64,000 nt of DNA from Balanoglossus misakiensis (taxonomy: Eukaryota > Animalia > Hemichordata), in assembly GCA_040954595.2 (NCBI GenBank), contig CM082594.2, positions 2,064,247 to 2,128,246 of the forward strand, in the 5' to 3' direction. The stretch's first letter is position 1; each line of letters opens with the position of its first letter. The position numbers and the translations under genes were made by a program. The notes below the pieces were generated by a model. That model searched no databases. It was not told the origin of the DNA and saw only the letters and a list, made by a program, of their open reading frames with translations. Positions 25,898-40,553 of this stretch are shown one piece after another.

Positions 25898-28800
25898 CCA
25901 GGTCCTGGCAAAATTTTACATTAAAGCCCCAGTATTTCTCGTGTGCATCCATTTTTCATCATCGAAAAAAGCCCGTTTTTCCAGTACATCCATCATGGAA
26001 TACTATATAATGAAGATGTAAGAAAGGTTTGGGCAACTGTAGCTACATGCAAGCCGAAAATATCGCCCGTAACACTTGAAATGATGCGCGGGTTTGTTTA
26101 CAACGGAAATGTTGTACATGTCGATCAGCAAACGTGCCACTTTGACATTTTGATGGTCAGACCATTTTCGGATTTGATCTGGTTCCATCGACTGATTCCT
26201 CCCATAAAGTTATCTTCCCAAAATTTCGCCGAATTAGTGCGCATTTCTTCGCTGAGTCGCTTGATTTGGGGCGACCAAACCTCTTCCGCATAGATTCACA
26301 TTTGAGTGCGCATGCGCACTAGTCACGTGTGTCAACATTAGCCTGACTCACGTGACTTTCTGTCCGGACAGAAAGTCATTCTTCACTCGTTATATTGTAA
26401 ATTGTATGAGTTTATCAGCAGAGCTGGGGATGATGACTGTTCGATTCAGTATCAATTATCATCTACTTTTAGAAATTATAGATGCCGTTTCAAACAAAAT
26501 TTTGCCCCTACGAGAAATACTGCGGCTTTAATTTAAACAGGAATAAACGATGTCATGTCCAAGCATACTATTTTTCCTGGAAAAGGGCAAAAAAAATCTT
26601 TCAAAAATGTGTTTTTTAACAGAAAAAAACGTAATTTTAGGGTGACTTTTGTGGTATGCCGCTGATCGTGAAGTTTCGGATGTCGCGCGTCCCTAATGGG
26701 AAAATGACGTCACTAGTGGAACACAAAGGAATATTATGACTTGCGTTGTGCATTGAACGCCGGCGTCTACTTCAAAAATTGTGAAATACAATGTTGTTGG
26801 TGGGTGTAGCAACATGAATTTAACGACGATATATCGATGCAGAGCTTTCCCAGTGACCCAGGAGTAGCTTTGAAACGGGTTACTAGGCGTACTGACTGAG
26901 TAAAATGCAAGACAGGTATCATTTGTGGTGCACACTTGTGTGCGCCAGATCACTTCGTTTGATACGTACGATGGTCAGCAAGTTATAGGACGAGGCTGGA
27001 TTTAGTTCAGGTGCCGTACATAAACAGTAAATACCAACGATTTATTTTCCCCACAAATGCAGCAACCCGCTTCCAAATTCCAAACATGGCCGTGTTTGGA
27101 AGCTAGTACTACGACGCGTCGTCGCATTCAGAAATGTCAGCTATTACGGGTGAACCCTAAACACTAGGTCAACTGCTAGCTGCTCGGAAGTTGTTCGTAT
27201 TTAGGATACGTATAAAAACAGCAACAACTACCGTGCTAAGACATTTTATTAAATTAATTTATTAAAAAACACACCGATTACATGTATGTGGGTTTTGGTT
27301 CTTTGTGTTTTAATTTACCTCCTCCATTGGTTTACGCATGGTTTACGCAAGTCGGCTGGTGAAAACGCTCGCTTCCAACAAACGCCATTGATGATTGAGG
27401 CCATGGCTGTGCTATGGATGCGTTCGGTTGCTAACGGTGCCGAATCTATGATTTTTAATTCGGAGTGTCTATTGACACGCGCGTGTCAATAGCCAGTGCT
27501 TGTCGGGCCGGCTATTGACACGCGCGTGTCAATAGCCAGTGCTTGTCGGGCCGGCTATTGACACGCGCGTGTCAATAGCCAGTGCATAGGGGGCCGGCTA
27601 TTGACACGCGGGGACTTTAATATTCTCAAATTATTGCCGATTTTTGAAAACCAAAGCACATTTCACATAGTCCATTAAATGATTCGTCTTTTCTTCCCCG
27701 AAAATCAGATGAAACGAAGTGCAAACTTCCGAAAGTCAAAGCGTAATGTCATAGTTCTTCTACCCGTTCTACGCGTGTACGCCTGCCGATTCTAAGCTTA
27801 TCTCCTGACCGTGACACGGGGATTTTCCCTCCATTTTACTGCCGACTTTTATAAAGCAATGCACATTTTCCATCGGAGGACTTATCTTTTCCGCCGAAAA
27901 TGTAGATGAAAGGAAGTGCAAATTTCTGAAATATTTCTGAGCATCGCTACGATTGTTTTACTGTTCATGCACTACGGCCGCTGCACACAGAGGGACACAC
28001 TCACCGCGACGCTGACACCTCAACAGCGCGGACATACTGTAAAATATTTCGTTTGAATTGAGAGATTTTTTCATGATGAACAAATTCATTGCTTGTTGGG
28101 AAATACGTTACAACTTGAACCGTGGTGTGACAACTTACTTAGTCCCCAAATGCATGCCTTGCAGGGTCCAGTGCAATGACGTGTATTACCGAAATTAACT
28201 TTTTCATGCCATAGCACTAGCAGTCAGATTTTTCCTGGTTGAAGCAACGAAAATGACGTATTGCCCAGTGCAGTCTGACATACTTCGAAATACATTTTCT
28301 TTATTTTACATCTCGCAACAGAGGATACGGAATGTGCATTGCTTTATAAAAGTCGTGTCACGGTCAGGAGATAAGCTTAGAATCGGCAGGCGTACACGCG
28401 TAGAACGGGTAGAAGAACTATGACATTACGCTTTGACTTTCGGAATTTTGCACTTCGTTTCATCTGATTTTCGGGGAAGAAAAGACGAATCATCTAATGG
28501 ACTACGTGAAATGTGCTTTGGTTTTCAAAAATCGGCAATAATTTGAGAATATTAAAGTCCCCGTGTGTCAATAGCCGGCCCCCTATGCACTGGCTATTGA
28601 CACGCGCGTGTCAATAGCCGGCCCGACAAGCACTGGCTATTGACACGCGCGTGTCAATAGACACGGCCTTTTTAATTTGCCAATCGTCACTAGATGAAAT
28701 ATTTGACATATTTACACAACCATTTAAATACTGTCTAGATATTTTTGGGTCTATTTACTTTTCTCTTGCAACGATTAGACTTTCACCACGTCGCACATGT

Positions 28801-29529
28801 GCATAATACTGCATGGATTGGGTGGTAAATGTTGTCAACATAAAACAAAAACGGCACGGCAAGTCACGACGGCACGATACAGTAAACATCGCCAACATCC
28901 ATTAAATTGCTGCTGTATAACTATCAACATTTTGCCGAGTGATTTCCATTCTAACTAAATATGCACACAATTTTAAATTTTAGCGTGTGTGCACTGTTTG
29001 ATGCGACTCAATATCGCTCAGCTGTGCAGCACTAGCACTTCGAACATAGTGACGTGTCGATGTTCTAGAAAATGTGTAATGATATTGGCTAGACATTACG
29101 ATAGCCTCTACAAGTTGGTCAATATCACCACCTTCGCTGTCACTTCTGGCATCACAAGTCATGCAGCCCCAGTCATCGGTTTCACTTTCAAAATCGTGCA
29201 CCACCGCAGGCACCGCGCCGTACGAATGGCAGACATGTTTGTTTATGTGTTCCACTAGTGACGTCACAGGTGTATGGGGTGAAAACGGCGCGTACTCGGC
29301 AATTTCCGGAAAATTCGCGCTGATTTTCTGCACACACTGCAACTTTTCAGGCGTTTTTTTAAAGATTGGCGCGATATATTTACATCCATATTTGATATTT
29401 AATACCAATATATATGCTAGTTTGTATTGTAATATTTTATTTCTCTGTAACAATAATCGAAACAGAGATAACTCTGATACAAATGAGTAATGACAACAAA
29501 ACGGAGCAAAATGTGCCAGGACATGGACT
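25898..29529 (+). mobile_element. Decayed Kolobok-like element with THAP remnant (26780-27030)
   Basis: Ends ccaggtcctggcaaaatttt / aaaatgtgccaggacatggact-ttaa; internal inverted tgacgtcactagtggaacaca at ~26705 and ~29246; THAP-like VKYNVVGGCSN..ISMQSFPSDP..IICGAH. Confidence 0.55.
27461..28668. mobile_element. Foldback/MULE-type non-autonomous element with long TIRs and 9-bp TSD
   Basis: TSD tttttaatt on both sides; arms of >300 bp are inverted copies containing tandem palindromes ctattgacacgcgcgtgtcaatag. Confidence 0.85.
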
Positions 29530-30347
29530 TTAAATAAGAATTTAATTATTTGTCAATCAGAATAAAGCCCATGGAAAACATTTTGGATTTGCCAGTCATT
29601 CAAATTAATGACTTTTTGACAAACTTTGTGTCCTCACACACTGCGCTTATTCTCCTTCCATTAGGATTATTACTATAGGTTTGCTGTATGTCAAATGCGT
29701 ATATATTTCTTGCTAAAAATTTACAAACAAGCAATTAAATTTCAAAGAGTTTATTCCAAAACAAGAAAAAACAATAAATACATCATAATATGTAAACATG
29801 AATGATATCAAATCACTTTTGATAAAAAATAATCTAGGCAATGAAAACAAGTTTCTGAAGAAAGTTTTCTTGTTATAATAGCCACATCATATCTGCATGA
29901 TCAATATTACCACAATAATTCACCCCTGCACAAATAAATCATAACATTGCCCTTCCCACTGATATATAATGGAGGACAGGTTGAATACAAATGCCTGGCG
30001 GTGAAAGATCACCGCAAGTGAAGGAACTTTATTATCTATGTATTAATTGTTTTTTAGTTTGTCGTGTGCTACAAAATACTTTCATATTTGCAAGGAAATA
30101 AGAAAAGGAAACGCGTTCAAATATGGACTAGCCTGCTCTTTATTATCTGCCTGTCTATATATACATTTATTGTTTTCGTTATTGTCTATCTATGTAACGC
30201 CGGGAACACACAGACCTGTACGCAGAGCTACAGCCAACCGAGTATAAATTACAATCTGTACAAGCGCTTTCAATTTGTCTTTTCCCATAGGATTCATGGG
30301 ATTGCTGGAAAACCCGCGTCTGCTATTGTCATTTTCATGAACGTTTA

Positions 30348-31499
30348 GGGACCGTTCAGTTTTTACGGCAGGGGGGGGGGCTGGCAAGTTTGTGTCATCG
30401 GTTCTCAAAATCAGGCCGACCCCCCCCCCCCTTCACCCAGGACCAAAAAATGATGACCCCCCCCCTTTGACAGACCCAAAAATATGATGACCCCCCCCCC
30501 ACGGCCAAAACATTCGCCGTCCTGATCCTATGTACACTGTATGCAATAAAGGGAATGTGGCTCCTCACACCTCAATTATATATTTCTTAAAGTATTATTG
30601 AAGTATATAATAGTATATCGTTGCAATAAAGAAATCTATGAACAAATTAAAATGACAAGTCAATACAATAGTTGCTAGAATCGGTAAAACAAGAAAAGTG
30701 GCGGGGGTGGGCGTGGGAGGGGGTGTACCCCTCCCACATAAGAAAATTTTGTAAAATTCGGTGCTCAAAGTTGCAATTTAATGAACTCAAAAGCAAATTA
30801 ATTCAATGTTAGGGAGGACAAATTTTAATTATGCTACTCCACTCAAAGTAAGCATCGGGTTGGGGTGGCAGGAAGTCTTCCCTGGTACACTACACAAACC
30901 AGTGAATAAATGCAATGTGGCGAAGAATGGAGGGGGTGGGTGTGTGTCGCCCTCCCACATAAGAAAATTTTGTAAAATATGTAGCGCAAAGTTGAATTTT
31001 AATGAACTAAAAAGCAAATTATCTCAATGTTTGGGAGGACCAATTTTACTTTTTGCCACTACACTCAAAGTTAGAAGATTTGGCGTCATCTTGTCATGAC
31101 ATCAGTTATAAAACTTCTAGTATATAGAAGATGCACCGCGAAATCAGTTATGCAAAATGGTTTAAACAATTATTCTCTTTTATGAATTCACTCTTATTAT
31201 CATCGGTGGGGTTGGGGTGGCAAGCACTCTGCCCTGGTACACTAGACAAACCAGCAAAAAATGAAATGTGGCGGAGAATGAAGGGGGTGGTTGTTAGAAA
31301 ATTTTGTAAAATAAAGGGTGCGAAACTGCAATTTTGTGGACTCAAAACCAACAGTTCGGTGGCAAAAGTATGTGACCCCCCCCTAAACGTTTAAAAAAAA
31401 CAGATGACCCCCCCCCCCCTTGTGGACTTCAAAATTTAAGTGACCCCCCCCCTGGATTTTGCCGGGCCCCCCCCCCGGCCGTAAAAACTGAACGGTCCC
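30348..31499 (+). mobile_element. Non-autonomous PIF/Harbinger-like element
   Basis: Perfect 22-bp TIR gggaccgttcagtttttacggc; TTA TSD; internal tandem sub-repeats. Confidence 0.85.
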
Positions 31500-34400
31500 T
31501 TAGGTCTACACATAACTCAGTCAAATGACTTCAAATTGAATGGTAGACAACAATTGAAGGGCCAACGCGCTCAATTTCGAGATAAACTCTGTTTAATATG
31601 TTCACCCATGGGGAAAACGGAAAATTTGTTGCCTCGGTAGTTTTTATTTTCATTATGATCGACTAAACTCACGGCCAGCACGTTTTAACCCCATGCAATT
31701 TATTAGCGATCGAAAAAATGCTTAGTAAGGAGAATAAACAACCAGCAACTTCTAAAGAGAAGTGACAAGACTCTTAATTTTACCAATATTCTCGCATTAG
31801 TATTCTCGCCTACTTGCTCCGTGTCTACAGCATTTGCCACAATTGACAAATGAGCGGACTCCACTTTTCTGCTAACCACCTTTGGAAATATTTATTAGTG
31901 GCTTTCGCTGTGCAGCCGCCATTATTTTTATAGTGTCACTGTCTATACTTTGGGGCTATTTTTCACATACACTGAATGATGACGGAGCTCAGCTAGTGCC
32001 CTCGAGCGATATGTTTTCCAGTCTTAGAATATCCAAACGAAAACACACCAAGTTTTCTGCCAGCTGTTTGTATTTTAATTTTCTGGCGTTGAACAAGCTG
32101 CAATGACTGTGTGGTGCAGTTCGTTTCACTTTGTAGCCTTACTCGGACTATTTTGCAGACACACATGTTAAACTAGGTTGTCGGCATTGACAATCCCATA
32201 AATAATATGGTATCGACCAGTGCAGGCCCACGTTCCCGTCCGCAGTTCATTTTCAACTTGAAAATTATTTTTATAGTACAGTATTATAATATTATAACCG
32301 AAGCACGCCCTCAACAGGGTTGACCTTTGGCCTGTCAAAAAAACACTCGAGCGCCATGACACTCGAGTGTCGGTGCATCGACCAGAAGTAATATATTGAT
32401 TTATTGTGTCTTCTACTTGAGTCATATCGAGATGAATCAAGGAGTCATGGTCCAAGCAATGATGAGACAGGTAGAATACAGTTTTCAGCCACGATATGAT
32501 GTGATACACGACTAAACCCAAACGCAACTGCAGAACCGTAGCTCGAGGTTTAACCTTGTGAGCAAAGGCACACGGCACGATCGCTTCGCAATGGTCGCGA
32601 TGGGGCTGCAGTAAGTATGTTTACACCTTTGGTTATAATCCAGCAACAGGCCTGGTTTGGCATGCATATGTGCCTGGTGAAATTCCTCCAACACCTCTTC
32701 AGGCCCTAAATAAATAATGTTCGCTCTCTTAGACAGCTTCAAGTTGTGATTATAATGGTGGGCCTGTAATTCCTCATATAACCAGTAAACTAGTACAATT
32801 TACTGTCTCAGACCTGGACAATTGACACCGCTATCAATATTTAATTTGCAAGTAAGCTTACATGAAAACGAGGAAACAGACGTGTGGTATGATTCCACTT
32901 TATTTGAAATAATGAAATTTGTTATTTATCATCCTTGATGTCATTTCATTATTTTTTTATAGATATGTGGGAATACCATTCCGCAAAGTTCAGAACAATC
33001 CGGCTCCAGCGAACCGAAGAGAGCTATAAGGTATGTTAATTTTGAAATACAATTTAGAATTTTCAAACAAATATATTTAGTTTGGGGTTTAATATTACCG
33101 ATAACCGAGAAGTTGATGACAATTTTATCAAGGAGTCTGCGTATTCGCGCATGTAGAATTTCTGTTGGAACAGATTTCTGAATGTCGCTAACTATGCAAA
33201 ATCCCAATTATGCTGACAATGTAAAATTCCAATTCTGAATGAAGGAATCTACATACGTGAATACGCAGACGCCAGATTCAATCTGACTCCCTGTAAGGCA
33301 AAGTTGTGAAATCGAATTGTTGCACTGAAAAATGGAATGTTGAATAGAAATACGAATAGCAAAATGCGGAGTTGTAATTTTGTCATGGATTGTCACACCA
33401 TAGACTGCCAACACTCTCTTGAACAATACTGCAAAGTCTTCTCAATTGATACACACATGGCAACCAGCAATCAGCCAGCATTTTTCTGAAGTAAAATGGG
33501 CTAAAAAATTGATTCTTTTAATGGCCATAATATCATGTGACCTAGTATATAACATATTTTGACTGTCTTGACATGGCTCTCATACTTACTTAGACACACT
33601 TGGCAGTCTGAGCCCCCTGTAAAATGTACCCAATTGTACTGCTTTGCACTGTATTGGTCTGAGGGTCTTGTATAGGCCGTACTGATTAACACACACCTGG
33701 CAGTCTAACAGACCTGGGAGCTTGGATTCTAGGCACCCTGGAAATCAAACCAGTTCATACTGACTTGGCACTGTTAGGGATATATAACATAATGATTTTG
33801 TACTGTGCACCACCCTGTTCCTCCATGTCATTGTTTCAAAATATAAACTTTAAGCATTTAGGACTTTGATAATTGCCACCATGCTGCAATTCCTGAAAGC
33901 GTCTTTTATAATCCATAATGAATAATTCTTCCCATTTCATTCACAGAGAGTTAGGTGTAGGCAGCGCCAGTTAGGTGCTAGAGAGGGAAGATTGGACTTG
34001 TTGCGATTCATGGTAAGTGATTCACAACTATTGTAGATCACCTGAAACTGAATTCTCTTTTCATATCTGTAACCCAGAAATAGCCAAACACATTTTGTTC
34101 ACACATGGCGCAAGAACTATGTGCTTTTAAAGCTACTATATGAATAAGCGAGTGTCATCCTGCATTTTTACAAGTTCAATCACATGATACAGAGGTTCTG
34201 TTCGATTATTTTTCCTTTGCATACTTAAATATGCATTCAGAATTTACTTTGCATAAATATAACAATCTTGCCTCAAGTGGGTAGGCATTTGAAAGCCTGA
34301 ATAGAACACCACCGTACCAGTACATTATTACAAAGTTTGATCTATGAATGTCATGTTGCCTGAGTGAAAATTGTAACATTTCTGTGCATTTCTGCATTAT

Positions 34401-34509
34401 TCGTATCTTGTAAGCCTCGCTGAATACAATTTGCAAATTTGCACTTGCGGTGTATGCATCCTACATTATCTTTGTGTAATTATGGTCAGACATTTTGAAT
34501 TGCGCAGGA

Positions 34510-34932
34510 TTAAGCATTGTTCAATCTGATTCTGCAATGATGGAAACAAACGAATTTGTGCTACATTCTGAGAAATGGGGATGTTTTTAAGCATTGTTCA
34601 ATCTGATTCTGCAATGATGGAAACAAACGAATTTGTGCTACATTCTGAGAAATGGGGATGTAGCTAATACTAGTATGAATTTTATGAGTGCCTGAGAAGG
34701 CTATCTGTGACATAGGTGTACTGCACAATTGTACAGACTTAATGTAACAAATCATTTGTTGTCTTACTGATGTTTTCTGTCCAAGTTTTTAAGCATTGTT
34801 CAATCTGATTCTGCAATGATGGAAACAAACGAATTTGTGCTACATTCTGAGAAATGGGGATGTAGCTTAGCTAATACTAGTATGAATTTTATGAGTGCCT
34901 GAGAAGGCTATCTGTGACATGGGTGTACTGTA
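34510..34932. repeat. Local tandem duplication (three copies of a ~73-bp unit)
   Basis: ttaagcattgttcaatctgattctgcaatgatggaaacaaacgaatttgtgctacattctgagaaatggggatgt at ~34511, ~34587 and ~34789. Confidence 0.9.
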
Positions 34933-36440
34933 CGATCGAGTTGCACATTCATGGGCATTCAAATACATAACAGCGCCCTCTAGTGGTTGGCTATGACAAT
35001 GTTTTTAAATTTGAACAACCTGTATAGGCTCACGAGCATCAACAGTAAAAGCAACATAAAGGAAATATTGGTATTTTTGTCGGAAAATTTGCATAATTTT
35101 AATTTTCGAGTTAATTATATATTATTGCCCTGAAACTAATAAGACAAGTATTATGGTACGTGTTATTGGACTTCATTTACTCTGACTTTGATCAACAAAA
35201 TTTTAAAGTAATAATTTGAAGTCCATTTGTAACTTGGATCAACTATTTGTGGTCCTTTAAAAATGTGCTTATCTTGGGTTTAATAATGTACCTTGATCCA
35301 TCATTCTATACTCAGTAAATGTGTCATTGACCGAAATGGCATGACATTGACAGTTTTCAACATTTCAGTTTCAAGGATTTGCTAATTCTATTTTTTTTTG
35401 TATAATTTGAACTAGGCAAGAGATCCTCCAGATGAACCCCCAGAAAAGCCCAATGTAAGTAGCTTTGGTGGTTCTGACGTGTGCTTTCATACAATGTTTA
35501 AAGGGAAGCGGTCATCGGGTGGGTGTCCCCCTTGATGAGAATATATCCCTTCATATACCAGCACAAACCTCACTGTAGTCACCACAACCAGGATCTTCAG
35601 TTGCTGCCATGCCCAGTCTATGCTACGGTTGGCTGCTTCGTTCATTCAAGGAATTATTTAATTTCAGGGATTTGAAGGTGAATTCTAATGTCTATCAACA
35701 AACAAACGCAGCGCGCTGACCCCTTCACTTTAAAGTGCTACAATATTATGCAAAATTTCAATATGTGTAAGATCTGTATTTGGTATAGAGGTGCATTATC
35801 ACTTATCAGTTATATTTTCTCTTTCCAGCTCTATGAGGTTAACTGGCAATGGCTTCTGATCATAGTTGCTGTTTTAGAAGTGGTGTGTTGTGTTTTCGTA
35901 AGTATGAGCACATTAAACTGTTTAATTTATGTATGTATATATGTATGTATTTGTGTGTGCATGTACTATGTATGTGTGTGTATGTATGAATTTACCGTAA
36001 TCACTCCATCAGTTCGACCAGAAAAAAAATATATATGATTAGTGAAAAGGCAAACTAATAGAATAAAAATAACATAAAACAAAAATGGCCGCTCAAAGTG
36101 CCTGAATAATTTTTCAGGGGGCATGTTTGCATGACATGAATTGCATGCATTATAAGCATGTAGTTTTGGTGATATTTATGATAGAATTGAACTGTTAAAA
36201 GTCACACAGAATAAAATCAGTGAGTTCTTTATACCTTAGAAGGTAGAAGTTGCAGATATCTTCTTGAAAAATATACAATATCAATATCATGCATTTAATC
36301 AGTGGTCAAACAATTGAAGGTTATAAAATAATTAATTTTCCAAAGAATAGTGGGTGGTTGAATTAATGAAGGAGTTGAACTGATGGAGTGAGTATGTATG
36401 TATGTATGTATGTATGTATGTATGTATGTATGTATGTATG

Positions 36441-36949
36441 CAGGGCTCGCGTTCACATCTATTTTTTGCGTTTTCACGCCAAACTACAATGTGTGCGCGC
36501 AAATATTTTGTCACAGTTGCGTGACATGCACGCAAAAAGTTGAAAGATAACATCTGGTGAGGCTAATGGGCTATACGGGGTGCCTTTTCAAGGTTGGTCG
36601 GTTGGGCGCCCTGTACACATGTACGCGTACGCACGCTTGTATGCTGTAGCAGGACGCACAGTGATGTACGTGCGGTAACCCAGACCACAAACTTGGCACG
36701 TGTCGGCCCTATAATTTATGCACGCAGAAACCATTAGATATAAAAAAGTAAGTAGGGCTTCCCGGTCATTTTCCTTAAACATTTTTTTTGTGTTGGACCG
36801 TCTAGACATGAAGGGAGAACTCATTATCTGAAAGCCTGCTTTGTCTACCGCTATTTTGTTGCACGTAATTCAAATACAATTTCACACAAATTTTTTTGGC
36901 TCTTTGCGTGCACTGTATGTAAAAAATTAAATATCAAACGCAAGCCCTG
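36441..36949. mobile_element. hAT-like non-autonomous element inserted in a (TATG)n tract
   Basis: cagggctcgcgtt...aacgcaagccctg; internal part repeated at ~56245-56610. Confidence 0.6.
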
Positions 36950-37074
36950 GTATGTATGTATGTATGTATGTTTGTATGTGCGTGCGTGCGTGCATGTGCG
37001 TGTGCGTGCGTGCGTACTGCGTGTATGTATGTACGTATGTATGTATGTAAGTATGTATGTATGTATGTATGTAT

Positions 37075-37430
37075 GGATGGATGGATCTTGTGTGGTGCAC
37101 CTGACTTTGACAGTACCTGTGTGCAAACGTTGGAAGCAGTCATCTTGGGCATGGCTGGACAGAAATTTGTGCAAGACGGCAGCCCATACCTGACCCTTGC
37201 CTTTTAGCTGACACAGCCAGCAGTGGGAATGGGGTAGGGGAGCAGGCCAGGATGGATGGATGTATGGATGGATGGATGGATGGATGGATGGATGGATCTT
37301 GTGTGGTGCACCTGACTTTGACAGTACCTGTGTGCAAACGTTGGAAGCAGTCATCTTGGGCATGGCTGATCAGAAATTTGTGCAAGACGGCAGCCCATAC
37401 CTGACCCTTGCCTTTTAGCTGACACAGCCA
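37075..37430. repeat. Direct duplication of a ~138-bp unit, each preceded by (GGAT)n
   Basis: ggatcttgtgtggtgcacctgac...gacacagccag at ~37083 and ~37293. Confidence 0.9.
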
Positions 37431-38345
37431 GGAACGAGACTACTGGAAACACCTCTTCTACAGGCAATATTTTACACTATTTTTGTTTTTTTCCTTTTTG
37501 TTCTGCACAAGAGTCAACACGCCAAAGATAAGTTCACGATAGAAGAAGTAACAGAGATCTTCTGCAGCCGTAAAATGCTTCTTCTTAAGCAACAAGCACG
37601 ATTAAAAATCCAATTAGATTGAACAGAATGAGGCCATGTTGATGGATTTCACGAAATTGGCGCAAACGTTTGAAACACTCCAGCAGGAGACAAGGTAGGT
37701 GTGGTGTACACTTGGATATATTGGATATAAGTTGAATATACCGGTACATGATATACTACAGTGGCACCTTTCTGCCAACAAAAATTCAGCGGTCTGATTA
37801 TGTGGTATGTACTCTAATATTGCAGTCACATTTGGGCCATCCCAAGCAGAGAAGGGTCTTATGGTCATAAGTATCGCAGACCTCTTTCTGCTTCCGATGG
37901 CCCATTATATTTTGCAGGACACAATTTTCATTTCAATCAGAGCACACTCATAAGATTTGCACATTGTACATGTGGTATCTCATGACAGTATTGTAGTCAT
38001 CATGTACTGCATGACTGGTCAGCCCAGCCTCAAGCAGTTCAAAAATAATGTACACCCAAAAGGAACATGGTCTTAGAGTTTTTGTGCCAACCAAAATCAA
38101 ACGGTCTAATTATGTGGTAGTAATTTTGTCAACAGTCACTAATTGTAAAAAAAAAGGAATTAAAGCAGTGAAAATGCTCTGAGTTGTGGACAAAGTTGCA
38201 TCACCCAGGAAAATACGGATGAGGTCGTCAAATTGCACCCAAATGAAAAAAAAATAACGTGGTCTGGCTGCAAAACGCCTCAGCCAAATTTTGTATAAAT
38301 TGGGTCCATACAAATGAAAATTGGGTCCACCAAAATTGAAAAGGT

Positions 38346-40553
38346 CAGTGTTTTCTCCAGGACGCGCGATTGCGTGATTCCCCCTCTTTTACACTTGAAT
38401 CGCCCCTTGAACTTGTTACAAGGGGCGATTCAATCGCCCCTTTCTTGAGCAGCCCACCCGGCCAGTACATGTGCATCCATGCCTCCATAGCATGCACTGT
38501 CAGTCAAAACACTGGGAAAACGGCCGATATTACTGTGTGCTGGCCTATACATTGTAACTTCCCACCCCCAAAACTATGTTGTAGATGACTTTCACATTCA
38601 ATTACTTGTAATTTAGCTCCAGAGCTATAGTGTGCAATTATTGGAACAGCCAAAGAGTTCTATCTGGACACCGTCTAAATTTAGAGCACACATTAAAGTG
38701 AGCTTGTTGTTATGGTGACCTTTGAAATTGGGTTGGCAGAACAAAACAATTTTATGCAAATTAAGAGAACTGCGTTCATGCCATGGCGATTATAAGGTGG
38801 TGAGGGTCACAACGTCACTTCCGGTTTAACCCGCTCTTAGTCAGCAAAACATGGTCGACCCAGCAGTGTCACACATGTGGCTTTCTGTGCGCAATCAACT
38901 TATGTTCTCGTAGGTAATGTAAAGGAAACTCCGTTCGAACGAAAAACCAATCCAATTTATATAAGTTCATGTATGTTAGCATCGTTCTGTGAGGAAAGTA
39001 CTATCGATTTTGTTCGGAGTCGCGATTTTTTAGTGTTTTTTCACTCGGTATGTCAGCTGGCATCATGGCGTACTGTTGCCAACGATCGTACTCGGACGAC
39101 GTAGTTTGAAGTTAGCAGGCAGACTAAACAGCGAGCGCATGCACAGCTTTCTTATGTGTATATCTTGAAAGACTAATATGTAATGTGTGTAAAATTGCAT
39201 GGGAGCCCCAAAGCGCCCCTTTTATTTTATCGATTTCACCGTATTTAGAAACTGTACTATCTCATAGGTGCCTAACACATTCCGTCTCCGTATGTGAAGG
39301 CCGTGGTGATCGCAACTTACTGTAATACTAAATTTTAGAATAACCCTATTACAGTCAACACATTCCTGAAAAAGACCAACGACATTACGCTCACTTCGGT
39401 ACCATTCCAGCGGCAGTAAAATTTTCTTTCAAGCACTTATATACGATTTTTTATGTGGTAGTTAAGGACGCGCGCCGTTTGACTTGCGTAACTAACCACA
39501 TATTTACAAACATGCATGTAGGTTTCTTGTACTCATTGTGCGTAAAATAAAAAAAGTCTTCTGGTTTTCGTTTATTTGCGGTTTGGAGTGGGGTTTAAAA
39601 AAATACTGTACATATTTGAGAAGAAAACTGAGTTGTAATAGAACAAATAGAAAAGCTGCAACGGTATGTTGGCCTACAGTAAAGCTTTTCACGCTCGGTG
39701 GCCATCATGCAGCAACGCCCCGTCGATGTATGCGCATAGCCCCGCGGCCAGTACATCGATCCGAATAGACGGTTAAAAACGTCAAGCGAGCCGAAAATAT
39801 CACAGAGAACGAACTTGGTACCAATCTGTGCACAACTAAATGTCCGGTGTCACTGCTGACGTGTGTACTCGAGGCCAGCCTGAAGTCAAATGAACGCTTA
39901 CTCATATTGGACCCCCCATGGTGCTCTGCGCGTGACCCTCACCACCTTGGCGATTATCAAGAATGTATCAGTTTTCCATGACCTCGTTTTCTTACTTAGG
40001 AAGGAAAGTCATTCAATATGTACAGAGACTGTTTACTTTGAGTAGTGTGCCTAGCCACAGATGGGGAAGTGTAGGCAGAAATCTGAAGGAAAATATACCA
40101 CTTCAATTTATTCCACTATTAATGGTTTCACAATCTAATATTTTGGCAGCTAAACTGAAACTTTTAAAATCAAACTAGATAATTTTTTCCCAGGTATAGT
40201 ATTAAAGAAAGACACTAGTGTTTTTGCAGTTGCATTTATTTTATTCATTTCACTTTCCTTGCCAGGGGAGCAGTTCTTAGTCACTCTCCTACCACTTGTG
40301 TAAATAATTTCAGGAAAGTTATTTTCAGCTCTCCAGCATTTTTTAAATTACACGCCCTGAAAGTTATGCATGCTGGAGTGTTCCTCTGCAAAACCTACTA
40401 ATTTATTATTCAAAATGGTCATTACTTGATATTTACGTAAATAACATAAATTATGCAAATCATGATTCCCCCCTATTTTGACCAAATCCCCCCTTAATTT
40501 TAGACTAAGGGGGGACATTCCCCCCTTCTCTCAACATCCTGGAGAAAACACTG
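38346..40553. mobile_element. hAT-like non-autonomous element with 6-bp TSD
   Basis: TIR cagtgttttctccagga/tcctggagaaaacactg; aaaggt on both flanks. Confidence 0.7.
38794..39948. mobile_element. Nested TIR element (possibly P-like)
   Basis: TIR aaggtggtgagggtcac/gtgaccctcaccacctt; flanking direct repeat ggcgattat. Confidence 0.75.

Noticed and set aside
27466-27612. Regularly spaced palindromic repeats resembling a CRISPR array
   Set aside because: Spacers are near-identical, the context is eukaryotic, no cas genes are present, and the array is mirrored at the other end of a TIR element
33946-35680. Small exon-like segments with splice signals (~33947-34012, ~35416-35454)
   Set aside because: No consistent frame or recognisable product
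36851-37385. Overlapping ORFs with HTYI/HPSI repeats
   Set aside because: Microsatellites plus a local duplication; no coding signal
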